Positions 25,342 to 38,885 of a DNA stretch of 64,000 nucleotides are shown piece after piece. Position 1 is the stretch's first letter; every line of letters starts with the position of its first letter. A program made the translations under genes and the position numbers. Under the pieces are notes generated by a model, which was not told where the DNA came from, searched no databases, and worked only from the letters and a program-made list of their open reading frames with translations. The stretch comes from Octopus sinensis. Taxonomy: Eukaryota. Location of the stretch: contig NC_043006.1 in assembly GCF_006345805.1 (NCBI RefSeq), positions 105,462,001 to 105,526,000 of the forward strand. Reading direction: 5' to 3'.

Positions 25342-26689
25342 TCGTTTTCTCCTTGACTAATCCACGGGCTTTTCTCTGATTTGACCTTTCCAATCAGCAG
25401 TAATATGTTTTATCACATATTGTTCACCTTATACCACCGCCAACCTCAGTAACAAAGCACACAGTTTAGTTTAGTCACATGACCAGTAATTTTTATTTCT
25501 TTATTTTCACGTCTTTGTTTTTATTTTAGAACTTTTTACCCATCGTTCACCTCTTAATAACGCCCGCCATTTTACTGCCCGTCTCTTTGTCAGTTTCTGT
25601 TTCCTGTTTTGCTTAGTTTTTTTCCCCTCTTTTCCTTCATATTATCTTTCTTAACATATACTTCTTCTTTGCTCCTCTTCCTTCTGTTGAAGCCATCACT
25701 TGACCTAGAACGGATTATCCGTTAATGGCATCGCATTTGACGTTGAATTTGTTTGGCTAAAATTTCTTCTATTCTCTTGGTCAGTTCGAGAAATGCCACG
25801 TAGAGAGACGGAAAGAAGCCTAAGATTGTTGTCTAGATTTCTGCGTGTTATACATATATAATCAATACTGCTTACGACAATGAAAACAAACAAAACCGAA
25901 ATAAACAATAAAACAACAAAATAATATTAATTCCATTGCAGTAACCAGAGACAAAATGAGTACAAATAAACGGTAATAGTTTGGAAATATTTTTGATTCT
26001 TATTAATCTTATCCACAATAAAGTATAGAAAGTACCATTCCCACATACCCCAACCTTATATTCTTTACATGAGGCCAATTTAGCGAAGGAATGGTAGTTA
26101 GCTGGACTACATTTGCTTTTTAAGTTTAGTCGCATTCATATACGCCAAGAGTGCGAACACTGTCCAAGAATTTTAATTCTTCCATCATTATTCACAAAAA
26201 TTAATTTATGCAACCTTAAGACAATATGTTCTTCCTATCCTAACACAAGAATAATTAGAATTTACTCTAAGAATTCTAACTGGAGCGAAATAAACAGTAC
26301 TTACTTGAAAAACGTTTATTCCAGTTAATCGACACCAGACTTCAGTGACATTATTCCGATTATAATGTTGACTCTGAATAGAACAGTGTACCTTTTTCAA
26401 TAACCCTAACCCTAACCCTAACCTACAAGATGATCTGAATTAAATCTTACAGAATTACATGAAACCAGTTCTATTTACTGAATGGCATGTACAGTTTTAT
26501 CTGGCTGTGAGAAATTTATAAATATGTAAATACGTTCCTTCTATGGCTTTGATATGCAGAAGTGAAAGGGGTAATCTCCTGGTGAGCTGCTTCACTATCT
26601 GTTGACGCTCCTCAGAGAAAACATGCCTGGTTTCCTACGATGAGTTGTCAAAATCACAACCATACAAATTATGCTATTCACTATAGTCG

Positions 26690-27214
26690 CTTCCCAGACA
26701 CATTGTTCCGGCTTCAGTCGCGCTGCGTAGCACCTTTGGAAAGTACCTTCTACTTTAGCCTCGGGTGATAGTAGAAACTGTATGTGTGTGTGTGTGTGTG
26801 TGTGTTTGTGTCAGTGTTTGTCTCTCATCGCCGCTTGACAACTGGCGTTGGTGAATTTACCTCACCGTAACTTAGCGGTTCCGCAAAGAGACCGATAGAA
26901 TAAGTACTAGGCTTAAAGAAAGCAAGAAAAAAAAAGGACTGGTGTCAAATCATTGGAATAAAGGTTTTCCAAGGCGGTCTCCCAGCACAGCTTCAGTCTA
27001 ATAACGGAGACAAGGAAAAGGAACAGGACGAAAGAATATTCTGTGTGAACGGGTTTTAGCTGAACAAATGGAACCCAGGTTTTATTCTTTGTAAGCATAG
27101 TTCTTATATTATCGGTTCCTTTTTGCCGAACCGCTAGATTACGGGGACGTGAATACACAATTATCAGTTGTTAGGCGATGGTGAGTGAGAACAAAAGCAG
27201 ACACAAACGCACAA

Positions 27215-27262
<48 letters not shown>

Positions 27263-27285
27263 GACAGGCTTTTTTCAGTTTCCAT
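26690..27285. mobile_element. SINE family A copies (+ 26690-27020; - 27060-27285)
   Basis: CTTAGCGGTTCCGCAAAGAGACCGATAGAATAAGTACTAGG and a diverged reverse-complement copy. Confidence 0.75.
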
Positions 27286-27674
27286 CTCTATGGTACTTAG
27301 CGAAACGTAATAGTTTCTGAGTGAATCAGTTCTTTCCTTCCACACATCTCCCACTTAATTCTCCTACTTTGTTCGGTAAATATATGTATGTTCTTTAATT
27401 ATTTCATTCCTCAACTTACGTCATATATGTGTGTGGGAGTGTGTCAATGTGTGTGCGTGTGTGCGTGTACCCTCGCGCGTGTGTAGTACCTTATTGAAGC
27501 AGGAAGCCTACGCTATCAATTTTTAAACATATGAATGAAGCACTCTACCTTTGGCATTTGAATCGTGTCTTTTTCCGTCTCTTCACCTTTTGGATCCATA
27601 GGATCACCTGCGTGTCTATACACATATATACACGGATGGCCATAAGTCGCTTTAGCCATTTCTAATTATCCTTT

Positions 27675-27885
27675 TTACTTTAGGCACAAGGCCTTGAAAA
27701 TTTTGAGGGAAGGGGGCTAGTCGATTATATCGACTCCAGTGCGTAACAGGTACATACTTCATCGACCCCGAAAGGATGAAGGGTAAGGTCGACCACGGCG
27801 AAATTTGAACTCAGAACGTAGCAGCAGGCGAAATACAGCTAAGCGTTTCACCGGCGTGCTAACGATTCTGCCAGCTCGCCGCCTA
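27675..27885 (-). mobile_element. SINE family B, full-length
   Basis: GGCGGCGAGCTGGCAGAATCGTTAGCACG head; GGCCTTGTGCCTAAAAG tail. Confidence 0.85.
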
Positions 27886-28833
27886 CCTTATTTCTAATAA
27901 TGATAAAGAAATGGGGGGGAAGCGATTTATGGTAATCCCTGTATATATATTCGCACACATACACGTACATGTTACCGTGTTTAACACCACCACCTGACCT
28001 GGCACATTGGATACCTTGACAGTTATCTATTCCACTGCATTTAAACCTTGTCTCCAGTGTGAGTATAATATCCTTCTTTCTTTCACACCTGTCTCGGAAC
28101 CTTGAAAATAAAAGGTCTTGGGCGCCACCTTTCCCTTGTTGACTGAACATTAAATGAGTCACCTTCGACTATTTTTACGAGAAGTGTGCTAGTTTATAGA
28201 TCAAGTGTACAAATTGAAGCGTAAACGGTTGAGTATACCACACACACTTGTGCTTGCAAACGAATAAGAGTGGTTCCCTACTATAAACATTTGCAAAATT
28301 TCTCACGAATCAAACCACGTGTTCATAGAAAAAGGACACTTTGGATAACTTCGTATGACTTTCATGCAAATATAACATACTTCATGCAAAAATAGGGGAT
28401 GGAATGATTTGTTTTTTATCAGAACCAATACAATTTTAGATAGAATCTGACGAGTTTCCATATGGTTTCTGCGAACGCAGCATAACTCACATGACTTGGA
28501 TCGACCCTTGGCTATGTAAAAGTTAATTCCGCATGATGTCACGTACTATAATCGAACCCAGAACACTACCTGTGCGAGGCGAACTCTCAAAGTACTCAGT
28601 CATGCCAGCATGCGCGCACTCACAAACGAACACACACACACACACACACACACGCGCGCGCTCACACTCACACTCACACACACACACATATAAACGCACG
28701 CTCACACACGTTCACTCATGCACGCGTTCATACACACTGAGGCACACATACAAACACACGCTCACACACGTACACACATACAAACACATGCACACACACA
28801 CATGCATACACAGAAACACACCTTACATACTAT

Positions 28834-29170
28834 GTACTACTACTACTACTACTACTACTACTATTACTATTACTACTACTACTACTACTGCTGCTGTTTC
28901 TACTACTACTACTACTACTACTACAGCTGCTGCTACTGCTTATACTACTACTACTACTACTACTACTAATACTACTACTACTACTACTAATAATACTACT
29001 ACTACTACAGTTGCTGCTACTGCTTCTACTACTACTACTACTATTACAATCACCACAGGCATCAACGATACCATATTACTCTTAATACTTCGGTCATCAC
29101 TGCTACTACTACTGTTACTGCTGTTGTTACTACAGCTGCTACTGCTGTTACTACTACTACTACTACTGTA
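28834..29170. repeat. Compound (ACT)n/(GCT)n trinucleotide microsatellite
   Basis: Directly visible; source of the poly-T/poly-L 305-aa ORF. Confidence 0.95.
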
Positions 29171-29559
29171 CCTCACGAAGACCGTGAAGCATTGCCCTGC
29201 ATCTCGACGAGTGGATCGCATTAATATGACACTTGGATGGCTAGGAGGACCGGCAGTTGTGTCTCTGGACAGGACAGCCAACAGAGATGACGTGATAAGG
29301 GGCCATCTGCAGTCCCGTTTCAGGCATCGGAGATTAATAGATAGGCTGAAGGTGGTCGGGGAAACGGCAGACTGGATAGAGAGAGAGGGGGAAGAGAGAG
29401 AGAGAGAGAGAGAGAGAGTAGTGAAGATAACGAGGGGGGAAGGAGAATGATAGGGTGGTGTGAGGCGGGTAAAGGCTTGCAGAAAGTTACTGAGTGACGA
29501 GTGCGCGAGTGACAGCTTTTGCGTAAGACTGATACAAGATGTATGGATGCGAATAGATG

Positions 29560-29605
<46 letters not shown>

Positions 29606-29855
29606 AATGTATATATATATAAATGTATATATATATATAAATGTATATATATATATATATAAATGTATATATATATATATATATATATATAAATGTATAT
29701 AATATATATATATATATAAATGTATATATATATATATATATTATATAATATATATGTATCATATATGTTACGTTTGTATGTATGTATGTATGTATGTATG
29801 TAAGAAATATATAATACATATGTATATGTGTGTGTATATATATATATATATATGC

Positions 29856-30095
29856 ATGAAGGCGTCAGACTTAGTGGTTAGTGTATTTGTCTCTTGACTG
29901 TAAGGTCGTGAGTTCGAAATCCGGCAGCGCCTTGTTGTTTCCGTGGGCAAGACAATTTATTCCACATTGCTCCAGTTCGCTCGGCTATCAAAAATGAGTA
30001 GTACCTGTAATCCAAAGGAGCGGCCATGTCACATTCTGTGTCCTACTAAATCTCTCTGAGAACCAGATTAAGGGTACTCGTGCCTGTGGAGTGCC
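29856..30095 (+). mobile_element. tRNA-derived SINE family D, diverged
   Basis: GACTTAGTGGTTAG A box, GAGTTCGAAATCC B box, then GGGCAAGAC...CTCCAGTT...AAATGAGTA central region. Confidence 0.65.
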
Positions 30096-30129
30096 AGTTA
30101 TATATATATATATATATTTTTCTTTTCTT

Positions 30130-30302
30130 TATTACCCACAAGGGGCTAAGCATAGAAGACACAAACAAGGACAGACAAAGGGATTAAGTCGATTACATCG
30201 ACCCCAGTGCGAAACTGGTACTGTATTTATCGACCCGAAAGGATGAAAGGCAAAGTCGACCTCGGCGGAATTTGAATTCAGAACGAAACGACAGACGAAA
30301 AT
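30130..30302 (-). mobile_element. SINE family B, 5'-truncated
   Basis: Collinear with 40553-40784. Confidence 0.85.
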
Positions 30303-30714
30303 ACATGCACACATACATAAACATATTTATATATAATTAAAGGCAGGTAAAAAAAAAGATGATAAATTTCATTTCTATTGAAAAATTTGATTCACGTCTA
30401 TTATGACGTCATAATTTTATGATTTCTCTTACAAATACACGTGACGCGTTTTTGTTTTTTCGTCTTCGTATCTTCAGTGTTTTCAGTAGACACCAACATT
30501 GTATTTAAATAGAATCTTGTCTATAGCCATTTTAGTATAGAGATATTTCACCGGTTATGAGACAGCTAAGCATTTGATTCTACGTACATATTCACAAACA
30601 CACATATAATGATACGCACACAAACACAAAAGTCTAATAGCAATCTGTAGCGATGTTCATAATTAACTGCGCGCGCGTGGCGGACATTCCTGTAGTTTAA
30701 TGTAGGGTTATTAC

Positions 30715-30832
30715 CTAACCAAATGTTTCCGGTGTCAGTCCCACTGCGTAGCACCTTGGGCAAGTGTATCTGACCAAAGCCTTGCTTTGTGGGTGGATTT
30801 AGTAAACGGAATCTGAAAGGAACCCTTCGTAT

Positions 30833-30931
<99 letters not shown>

Positions 30932-31485
30932 TGGGTAGGTATATGTCTGTGTCACTGCGTCTGTAATTGTTCCGCACCAACGCTTCACAACCGGTGTTGG
31001 TATGTTTACGTCTCTGTAACTTAGCGGTTCGGCAAATGACACCGATAGATAAGTACCAGGCTTAAAATTAAAATGTCCTGGAGTCGATTAAAAATCGACT
31101 AAAAATCCTTCAAGGTGGTGCCCCAGCATGGCCACAATCAAATGACTAAAACATATAAAAGATAAAAGATATACATTATATAGGCGCTGGTATAGCTCTG
31201 AGGTTAGAAGCTGGTTTTCCAACCACATGGTTCCAGGTTCAATTCCCTTGCGTGTCACCTTGGGCAAGCGTCTTCTACTATAGCCTGTATATAATTAAGA
31301 TATAGATTATAGCCTTCCACTATAGTCTGTATATAGATAAAATATACATGTTTTCCAATCACATGGTTCCGGGTTCAGACTTCTGCGTGGTACCTCTAGG
31401 CAAATGTCTTCTACTATAGCCTGGGGCCGACCAAAGCCTTGTGAGTGAATTTGGTAGACGGAAACGAAAAGAAGCTTGTCCTGTA
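30715..31485 (+). mobile_element. SINE family A cluster (one long copy and two 5' fragments)
   Basis: CAGTCCCACTGCGTAGCACCTTGGGCAAG...GGTGCCCCAGCATGGCCACAATCAAATGACT; further heads at ~31182 and ~31350. Confidence 0.8.
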
Positions 31486-31488
31486 TAC

Positions 31489-31551
<63 letters not shown>

Positions 31552-32172
31552 TGTGTGTGTGTGTCCGGAAAATGGAACAAGAAAGCAACACAATAAAACA
31601 TCCGGACATAGATGATGTGAAGACGGACAGGAAAAACAGGGACGGGTCATTCACTGCCTTCTCTTATCAGTCAAGTTACTAAATTATTCTTACAATTACT
31701 TGAAACCGTTCAAATCTGGTTGCCCCCAAAAATCTAAGCTTAGAACATTAAATTTGGAGGGAGACAACAAGCGAATGTGTACGACAACAAAGACAAAACG
31801 GAGAATATGTTACACTATTACAAATACAAACAACAAGAAAACAACATCAGGTTTCTTTCGACTAATAAAGACGAATCCGGTTGCTGATGTGTTTACGTCA
31901 CCGTCCGGCGAAAGAAACCGATAGAATAAGAACCAGTTTTTAAAAAATTAAGTACGGGGGTCGATTCATTCATTCTACACCATCTTTAGTCTGAGAGTCT
32001 CTCAAACATCAGAGTGACATAATATCCTGAAGGGACTGGTAGATCCTGAAGGACTTTCAGGAGCTAATCAACTGCACATTCACGATCTTTAGCTCGGTAA
32101 AATCCAGACGCCTTCTGCCGAAGAAAGGAAACATCAGCAACAAAATACTATTTTATTCGATAAAACGTCACA

Positions 32173-32220
32173 AACTGTTATTCAGTTTCACGGTTTCACA
32201 TAAATGTTCATCAGACAGTT
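32173..32220 (-). ncRNA. Hammerhead-like motif: canonical core, imperfect stem III
   Basis: AACUGU-CUGAUGA-ACA(UUUA)UGU-GAAAC...GAAUA-ACAGUU; perfect 6-bp stem I, AUA triplet. Confidence 0.65.
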
Positions 32221-32628
32221 ACGGGGATATAGAATTTCTAAAAAAAAAATTATAACCACTTACACACACACACAAACACACACACATAAAAAATATATTT
32301 ATATATATTTATGTATATTCAGATCAGAAATGAACTAAACCAGGATCCTGTTCATAGATTGGTGTTAATGTAGATAGCAATTAACAGTTTACCCAAGGGC
32401 CGAGGAGATACAAGGGAGTGGGTTGGAGAAGGGGCCAAAGATTGAAGAATTGATTAAGGTAGAGGGTAGGTAGGAGGGTGGCGGTGTGCGATTGAACTGA
32501 TTGGGGCAGAATGCAGGTAGGGGTGGTCGATAGAGAAGAAATATCATTATGCCGTCGTGAAGTGGGACTTGATAGGATGATAAGAGAAAGTAAAGTGGCA
32601 AACATGGTGGCGGTGATGGCGGCGGTGA

Positions 32629-32673
<45 letters not shown>

Positions 32674-33229
32674 CAGCAGTAACAGTAGTATCAGCAAAAT
32701 CAGCAGCAGCAGTAGTAGTGGTTGTGATGGTTGTAGTGGTGGTCGTCGTGAAATGATAGTGTTAGGGACGTATTGGTAAATGCGGTGGTTGTAGAAGTGA
32801 AAATGGGTTTTGGTGGTGGTGGTAGAGGTAGTGTTGCAGTGGTTTTGGAGGAAGAAGAGGAAGAGGAGGCGGCAGGGATGGAGGTGGAAGGTGTGGTGGT
32901 GGCAGAAAGAGGTGGTTTATGCTTAAATACAGACCAGACTGATTGATGCAACAACAGATTAACTGAAGTCTTAGCCATCTTTTGTTGTCATATGGAGTAT
33001 TTGAATGCGTGTGCATGTATGCGTGCAAGTGCGCGTATGTGTGCGTGTATTGGTATATACATAGACACGTGTGCGAGCGTGTGTGTGTGTGTGTGTCTAA
33101 TGAGTTTACGTATTTGTGGATCTCTGTGCGCTTATAAACTGCTTGAGTGCTCGATTTATCTATCTACCCATCCATCCATCCATCTATCTATCTATCTATT
33201 TATTTCTCTCTCTCTCTCTCTCTCTCTGT

Positions 33230-33267
<38 letters not shown>

Positions 33268-33274
33268 TATATAT

Positions 33275-33333
<59 letters not shown>

Positions 33334-34229
33334 CATGTATATGATGTGTGTGTATGTGTCGGCAAGTGTATGAGTGTATGTTCTTGTATACGTGATTATG
33401 TGCATTCATATATATGTTTACATATCTGTGTGTGTATATATGTGTCTGTGTGTGTGTGTGTCTGTGCGTGTAAGCGCGCGTGTGTGACTGAATGAGGGAG
33501 AGTAGGTCACTTCTCGTTCTCCTTTTATATATTTCTTTTCTTTTTCTCCTTTTCTTCGTTTTTGTTCTTTATCTTCTGCGTTTTCGTTTTCAGACTATTT
33601 TTCAATCATCGCAAATTTTCTTCTCCATCACTCTCTTCATCATTTTATTCTTCTGCTTTTCTGTTTCCCCTCCTCTTCTTCTGCTCCAAATGTTTTTCAA
33701 CAACATATGAAATTAAATAAAAGAAAAAAAAATAAATAAAAGAAAAAAAAATAAATAAAAGAAAAGAATTAAAACAAACAATTGTGAGTTGATAAAGAAA
33801 CAAAATGAATTTTAAAAATATATAAACTGAGGTAAAAAAAAAAAAAAGAGCGAAAGAGGGGAGGTTACAAGATAAGATAAGAGCCAGGTTTTATAGCCGG
33901 CGGGGGTTAAGATAGAGGAATGAGCAGGTAGCCATAGAGAAGAAAGATTGCCTATTGGCAGAATGGAGACATTCAAATGAAACACTTTCGGTTACTGGTC
34001 CCTCTTTACGTATTGCGAGTTCGAGTCACGCAAAGCCGAGAATTCAAAATTTATTATTCTGGGGCTGACAAATAAGAATACTAAGCCATTGCATCTTTAC
34101 TGTGTGTGGTGTGTGTGTGTGTGTGGTGTGTGTGTGTGTGTGCATGCGTGTGTGTATGTGTGTATGTATACTCATTCAGGGGCATTTACCCTACACAATT
34201 TTAAAGTATATATATGTATATATATATAT

Positions 34230-34272
<43 letters not shown>

Positions 34273-34468
34273 CGGAGAAAGAGAGAGAGACTGCCAATGT
34301 ACCCGGCTTTATGCAAATGCGTCAATATTTTCTGTGTGACAGGAATTTACTGGATTTATTTTGGTTATAATCTTTTATGCAAAAAAGAGAAAATGAAATT
34401 GTTTTCCTGTGAGTTGTGCTTAACACACCGTCGAATTCTTTATTAGTAATATAGTAATATTATATATA

Positions 34469-34885
34469 AGGCGGCGAGCTGGCAGAAACTTTAGCAAGCG
34501 AAATGCTTAGCGATATTTCGTCTGTCTTTGCGTTCTGAGTTTAAATTCCGCCGAGGTCGACTTTGCCTTTCATCCTTTCGAGGGCGATAAATTAAGTGCC
34601 AGTTGTGCACTGGGGTCGATCTAATCGGTTGACCCCCTCCTGCAAAATGTCGGGCCTTGTGCCTAGGGTAGAAAAGAATATAGTGATATATATAAGGCGG
34701 CGAGCTGGCAGAAACGATAGCACGACGGACGAATGCTTAGCGGTATTTCGACTACCTTTACATTCTGAGTTCAAATTCCGCCGAGGTTGACTTTGCCTTT
34801 CATTCTTTCGTGGTCGATAAATAAAGTCTAATCGACTGCCCCCCACCTCCAAAAAAAAAATTCGGGCTTTGTGCCTAGAGTACAA
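34469..34885 (+). mobile_element. Two tandem SINE family B copies
   Basis: AGGCGGCGAGCTGGCAGAAAC at 34469 and ~34695, each ending GGGC(C/T)TTGTGCCTAG. Confidence 0.9.
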
Positions 34886-36542
34886 AATTGTACTTCTTTA
34901 TTGATTATTCTCCTACAGAATCATGCCATGTGGCGATTGGCCTGAAGGTTCTTCAGTATAGCGAACCCTTTCTTCCTTATCTGTTAGTTTATAAGAATTG
35001 CTAATTCTTAGAATTTCCAGTAACAGTTGTTAGTTGATGTTATTAAATCTACTATTTCTGGTCTCGATCTTTCGCAAGACTTCTTTCGAATGATGCAATG
35101 ATGTTGCAGGTTGAAAAGCAATCCACCTGTTTTGTTAATGGAGAAGTAGGAAGCTTTCATCTCTTACTCGTACCAAATTCTTGGCAAGCCTCACAAGCCA
35201 GTTGATCAGTATTTGTTGCAATTTTGAAAGTTTTAAGTTTTTGCCTAAATTGATGGCAATCACGGCAAGCACGGATTTTCGTTTCTTTTAGGATCAATGG
35301 CAGGATCTGACTGAAGTCGTCTGACAACAGCTTCACTATTCGATCAATCCTCACGCTAGTTCTGTAATTTCCTGTCAATGGTCTCAAGAGCTTTTGTGTG
35401 TAATACTTTCCATTTATCCAGAATAATCATTCGTTATTTCTTCTCCCGTTCTCTAATTTGTGCCAATGTTGCAAGCAAGAAGTGCGCATGTCTAAGACTA
35501 AGGGGAAAATTGAAATGATACTATGCTTTATTAGCCCCAGGAATGAGTGTGGTGTCAACACCTGAACAAAATATAATAATTCCAATAGCTATGCCTTTAT
35601 GTTACTGAACTTTCTCAACGAATACATTAACCTGCAATGTGTTTCCAGTTCTAATAAAATATTCCGTAATCTGAAAAAGAAATCATACAGGAGATGCAAT
35701 TCTGGTCCCAATAAATAAAGGCTCCACTGAAGAAAAAATGGCTCCCCATAGGTGTTTTGATGAATCAGTAATGAAAGTGCTTCAGGACCAAACTGCCAAA
35801 GTATTCAATCATATATTTACCTATTATTTTAGTCTGGATAAGGTTTCTGTAGAAAGGAAATCGCGATTTAATAGCTTTTTCTGCTTTTAAAAGATTCAAC
35901 CATATTTAGTAACCACAGTGAATATTATCGTCTGTCCGATGATTCAAATGAGCATTATTTTATTATCGTCTGCTTTTCTGATCTTGAGAGAAGGGAATCT
36001 TCCTTGAAGAGTATCAGACACCATCCATCAAGTTCAGAGAAAAAGACCACTGCGCTGAGCTGGTAATGTGGAAACCGTTTACACGATTAACATGGCGTAC
36101 TACCAATCATCAATAAAGTCGCAGGCTTTTTGGCATCCATTCCAGTGATTTCAGACGAATGAAGAAGTATATGAAGCGTATAATGGTTTAAAGGTGACAG
36201 TAAATTCCCCCAAAATAACAGTTATTTCAACATGTCTCTGGGTAAAAATGTGGACCAAATGTCTTTTTTTATTTTTGCTGCTTAAATCAAGTAGAAAACT
36301 ATATTTTTCTGGGTGTATGATTTCTGTTAAAGGTCTTTTGGTGATAAATAAGCAGATAAGGTTTTATTTGAAATTAATGTTTGAGTTTTTTTAGTAAGAT
36401 TTAGGTAACTCAAAATCTGAATCTTCCTTAAACAGAGAGTTACACACTCAAAATATCACATCACATCTCACTCAAATACACATATACTATGATATACATA
36501 TATACATCTTTAATCTCTGTCTCTATCTTTCTCTTTATCTCT

Positions 36543-36644
<102 letters not shown>

Positions 36645-37000
36645 TATATATATACAGGTATGCATGTACGTATGCAAGTTTGTATGAGAGGTATGTATCT
36701 ACGTTTGCATTGTATTATGTATGTATCTATGTATAGAAAAAATAAAACTTGGATAGAGGTTTCGACGATTCGGCTTTCTTACACTTTAAATTGTTTTTTA
36801 ATATGTAACTTAACATAAAACAAGAATTTATATATATATAAGACCGAAGGTGTCAGGTAATGGGCTGAGTAAGTGCTATGGATAGACCATAGTTAAGCTC
36901 CAGGTTCGGTGATTATGCGAATAAGGAGTGCAACGTAGGTCATATGTCAGCATGTGTATATATAAAAAAACTTTTTTAGCTTTGGTTTTTGAAAAAAGAT

Positions 37001-37036
<36 letters not shown>

Positions 37037-37040
<4 letters not shown>

Positions 37041-37800
37041 TAGAGGTCACTAAAGTTACTGACGGTATTAATTAGTACCAGTATTGCTAGAAATAAGAGT
37101 CAAAACAACTCAAAAGCCTCAAAGCACTATCTTAATGACTGACAAGGGGAGGTAAGCCCCTAGCGGATATAGTCAAATCGACGATTTCAGAATTAGATGC
37201 TGAGTAACTTAATCTTCATCAGTGACTCTTACTGCACTCAGGGTTAAACTCAACTTTCTCTGTAAGTCTTATAAGAAAACCGTTGAAACACATACGATGA
37301 TTTCAAAACGGTCATTCATTAAGATAGTGCTTTGTGGCTTTCGAGTTGTTTTGACTCTTATTTCTAGCAATACTAGTACTAATTAGTACACTTTGTCACT
37401 TTAGGGACATCTATTAATTTGCCTTCAGGTTGTTAAATTGCTAATAAGCCTCCCATATTATTTATTGCTTACACTTTTACTGTTTTGAGATCAGCGCGTG
37501 TTTCAACGGCTTTCTTATAAGAGTGACAGAGAGATTTGAGTCTAAGCCTGGGTGTGGTAAAAGTCATTGAAAAGGATTAAGATACTCTGCATCAAAATCA
37601 GAAATCGTCGATTTGGCTACATCCGCTAAGGGCTTACCTCCCCTTATCAGTAATTAAAATGGTGCTTTGTGGCTTTTGAGTTGATTTGACTCTTATTTCA
37701 AGCAATACTGGTACGAATTAGTACCCTCTGTCACTTCTATGACCTCTATTAACTTGCTTTTAGGTGGTTAAATTGCTAATAGGCCACCTATATTATTTGT
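37037..37800. mobile_element. PLE-like/retrozyme-like element: partial tandem (period ~337) plus inverted copy, abutting (TA)n
   Basis: 37037-37310 is the reverse complement of ~37480-37752; 37311-37460 is a direct repeat of ~37648-37800; a hammerhead motif lies in the repeated part. Confidence 0.75.
37171..37227 (-). ncRNA. Type I hammerhead ribozyme, canonical core
   Basis: AGUCA-CUGAUGA-AGAUUA...UAAUUCU-GAAAUCG-U-CGAU-U-UGACU: 5-bp stem I, palindromic stem III, AUU triplet; a decayed copy lies on + at 37562-37618. Confidence 0.75.
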
Positions 37801-38844
37801 TGTATATATATGCATACATATATACATAAACACTTATATTGTATGCATATAATTATAGACCCTTTTCATTGAACAATGTTTGATAAACGTGTACCGTATG
37901 TATAGCTAATTGATTCTGTACATGTTTTCCAGTGTATGTACATTAATTACGCTAACCGGGTATATGTGAGCTTGTTAACTTGACTTTATGCAAATATATG
38001 TTACGTTTGCATATTTGTATATATGCACGTTCCCCAATTTACAAAAAAGGCAGCGGAGTGGTGGAATAGATTATAATAAATAAAAGCAAGATAAAGCCGC
38101 CGGTGAGTGCTGAAGGCAGTCATTTTCAATTCCTCCACAGAAATCTATAAACACTGAGCGATTTCCAGATAGAAGAGACAAATTTATAAGAAAGAGATAG
38201 TGGGGGGAAGGGGGAGGAAGAAACTGAGAGAAGATAGAGATAAGAGCTAGAAAAGGCGTGTGGTATATTGTGTAGTGCGGTGTGGGGCGGGTTTGGACTG
38301 TTTTGTGAAGGGATGGTTGAATGAACAACTGACGATAAGACGAAGAGCAGATGGCGGCACAGATGGAGTGCATGGTCCTCATAGGGGCGCACACAAAAAC
38401 GTATACGCAGTTATACATACACACACACACAATATGTATGTGTCTGATTGTGTGTTCGTGTGCGCACGTATGCATTCACACACACACACACATATATATA
38501 TATATGCATGTTTGTATTTGTATATATGAATATACATATATTGGAATATAAGTATATAAATATGCATATATATATGTTTGTGTGTGTGTATGCACGCATG
38601 TATGTTGAGGAATACATATTCATGTGTTTATAAATATATATGTATATATATATGTGTGTGTGTATATATATATATACATACACACACACCACACACACAC
38701 ATATATATATATATATATAATATATTATATATATATATATATACATATATGTGAGTGTGTGGGTATATGCATACATCAACATTGCCATTTTAATTATATA
38801 CATATACATAGAAACACACACACATATATATATATACATGGAAA

Positions 38845-38885
<41 letters not shown>

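Noticed and set aside
28533-29450. 305-aa ORF, the longest in the track
   Set aside because: Mostly translation of (CA)n, (ACT)n and (GA)n microsatellites (poly-HT, T, L, ER); no recognisable domain
35000-36180. CxxC-containing ORF 35157-35387 and faint LINE-like peptides
   Set aside because: No convincing domain; too degenerate to assign to piggyBac or a LINE
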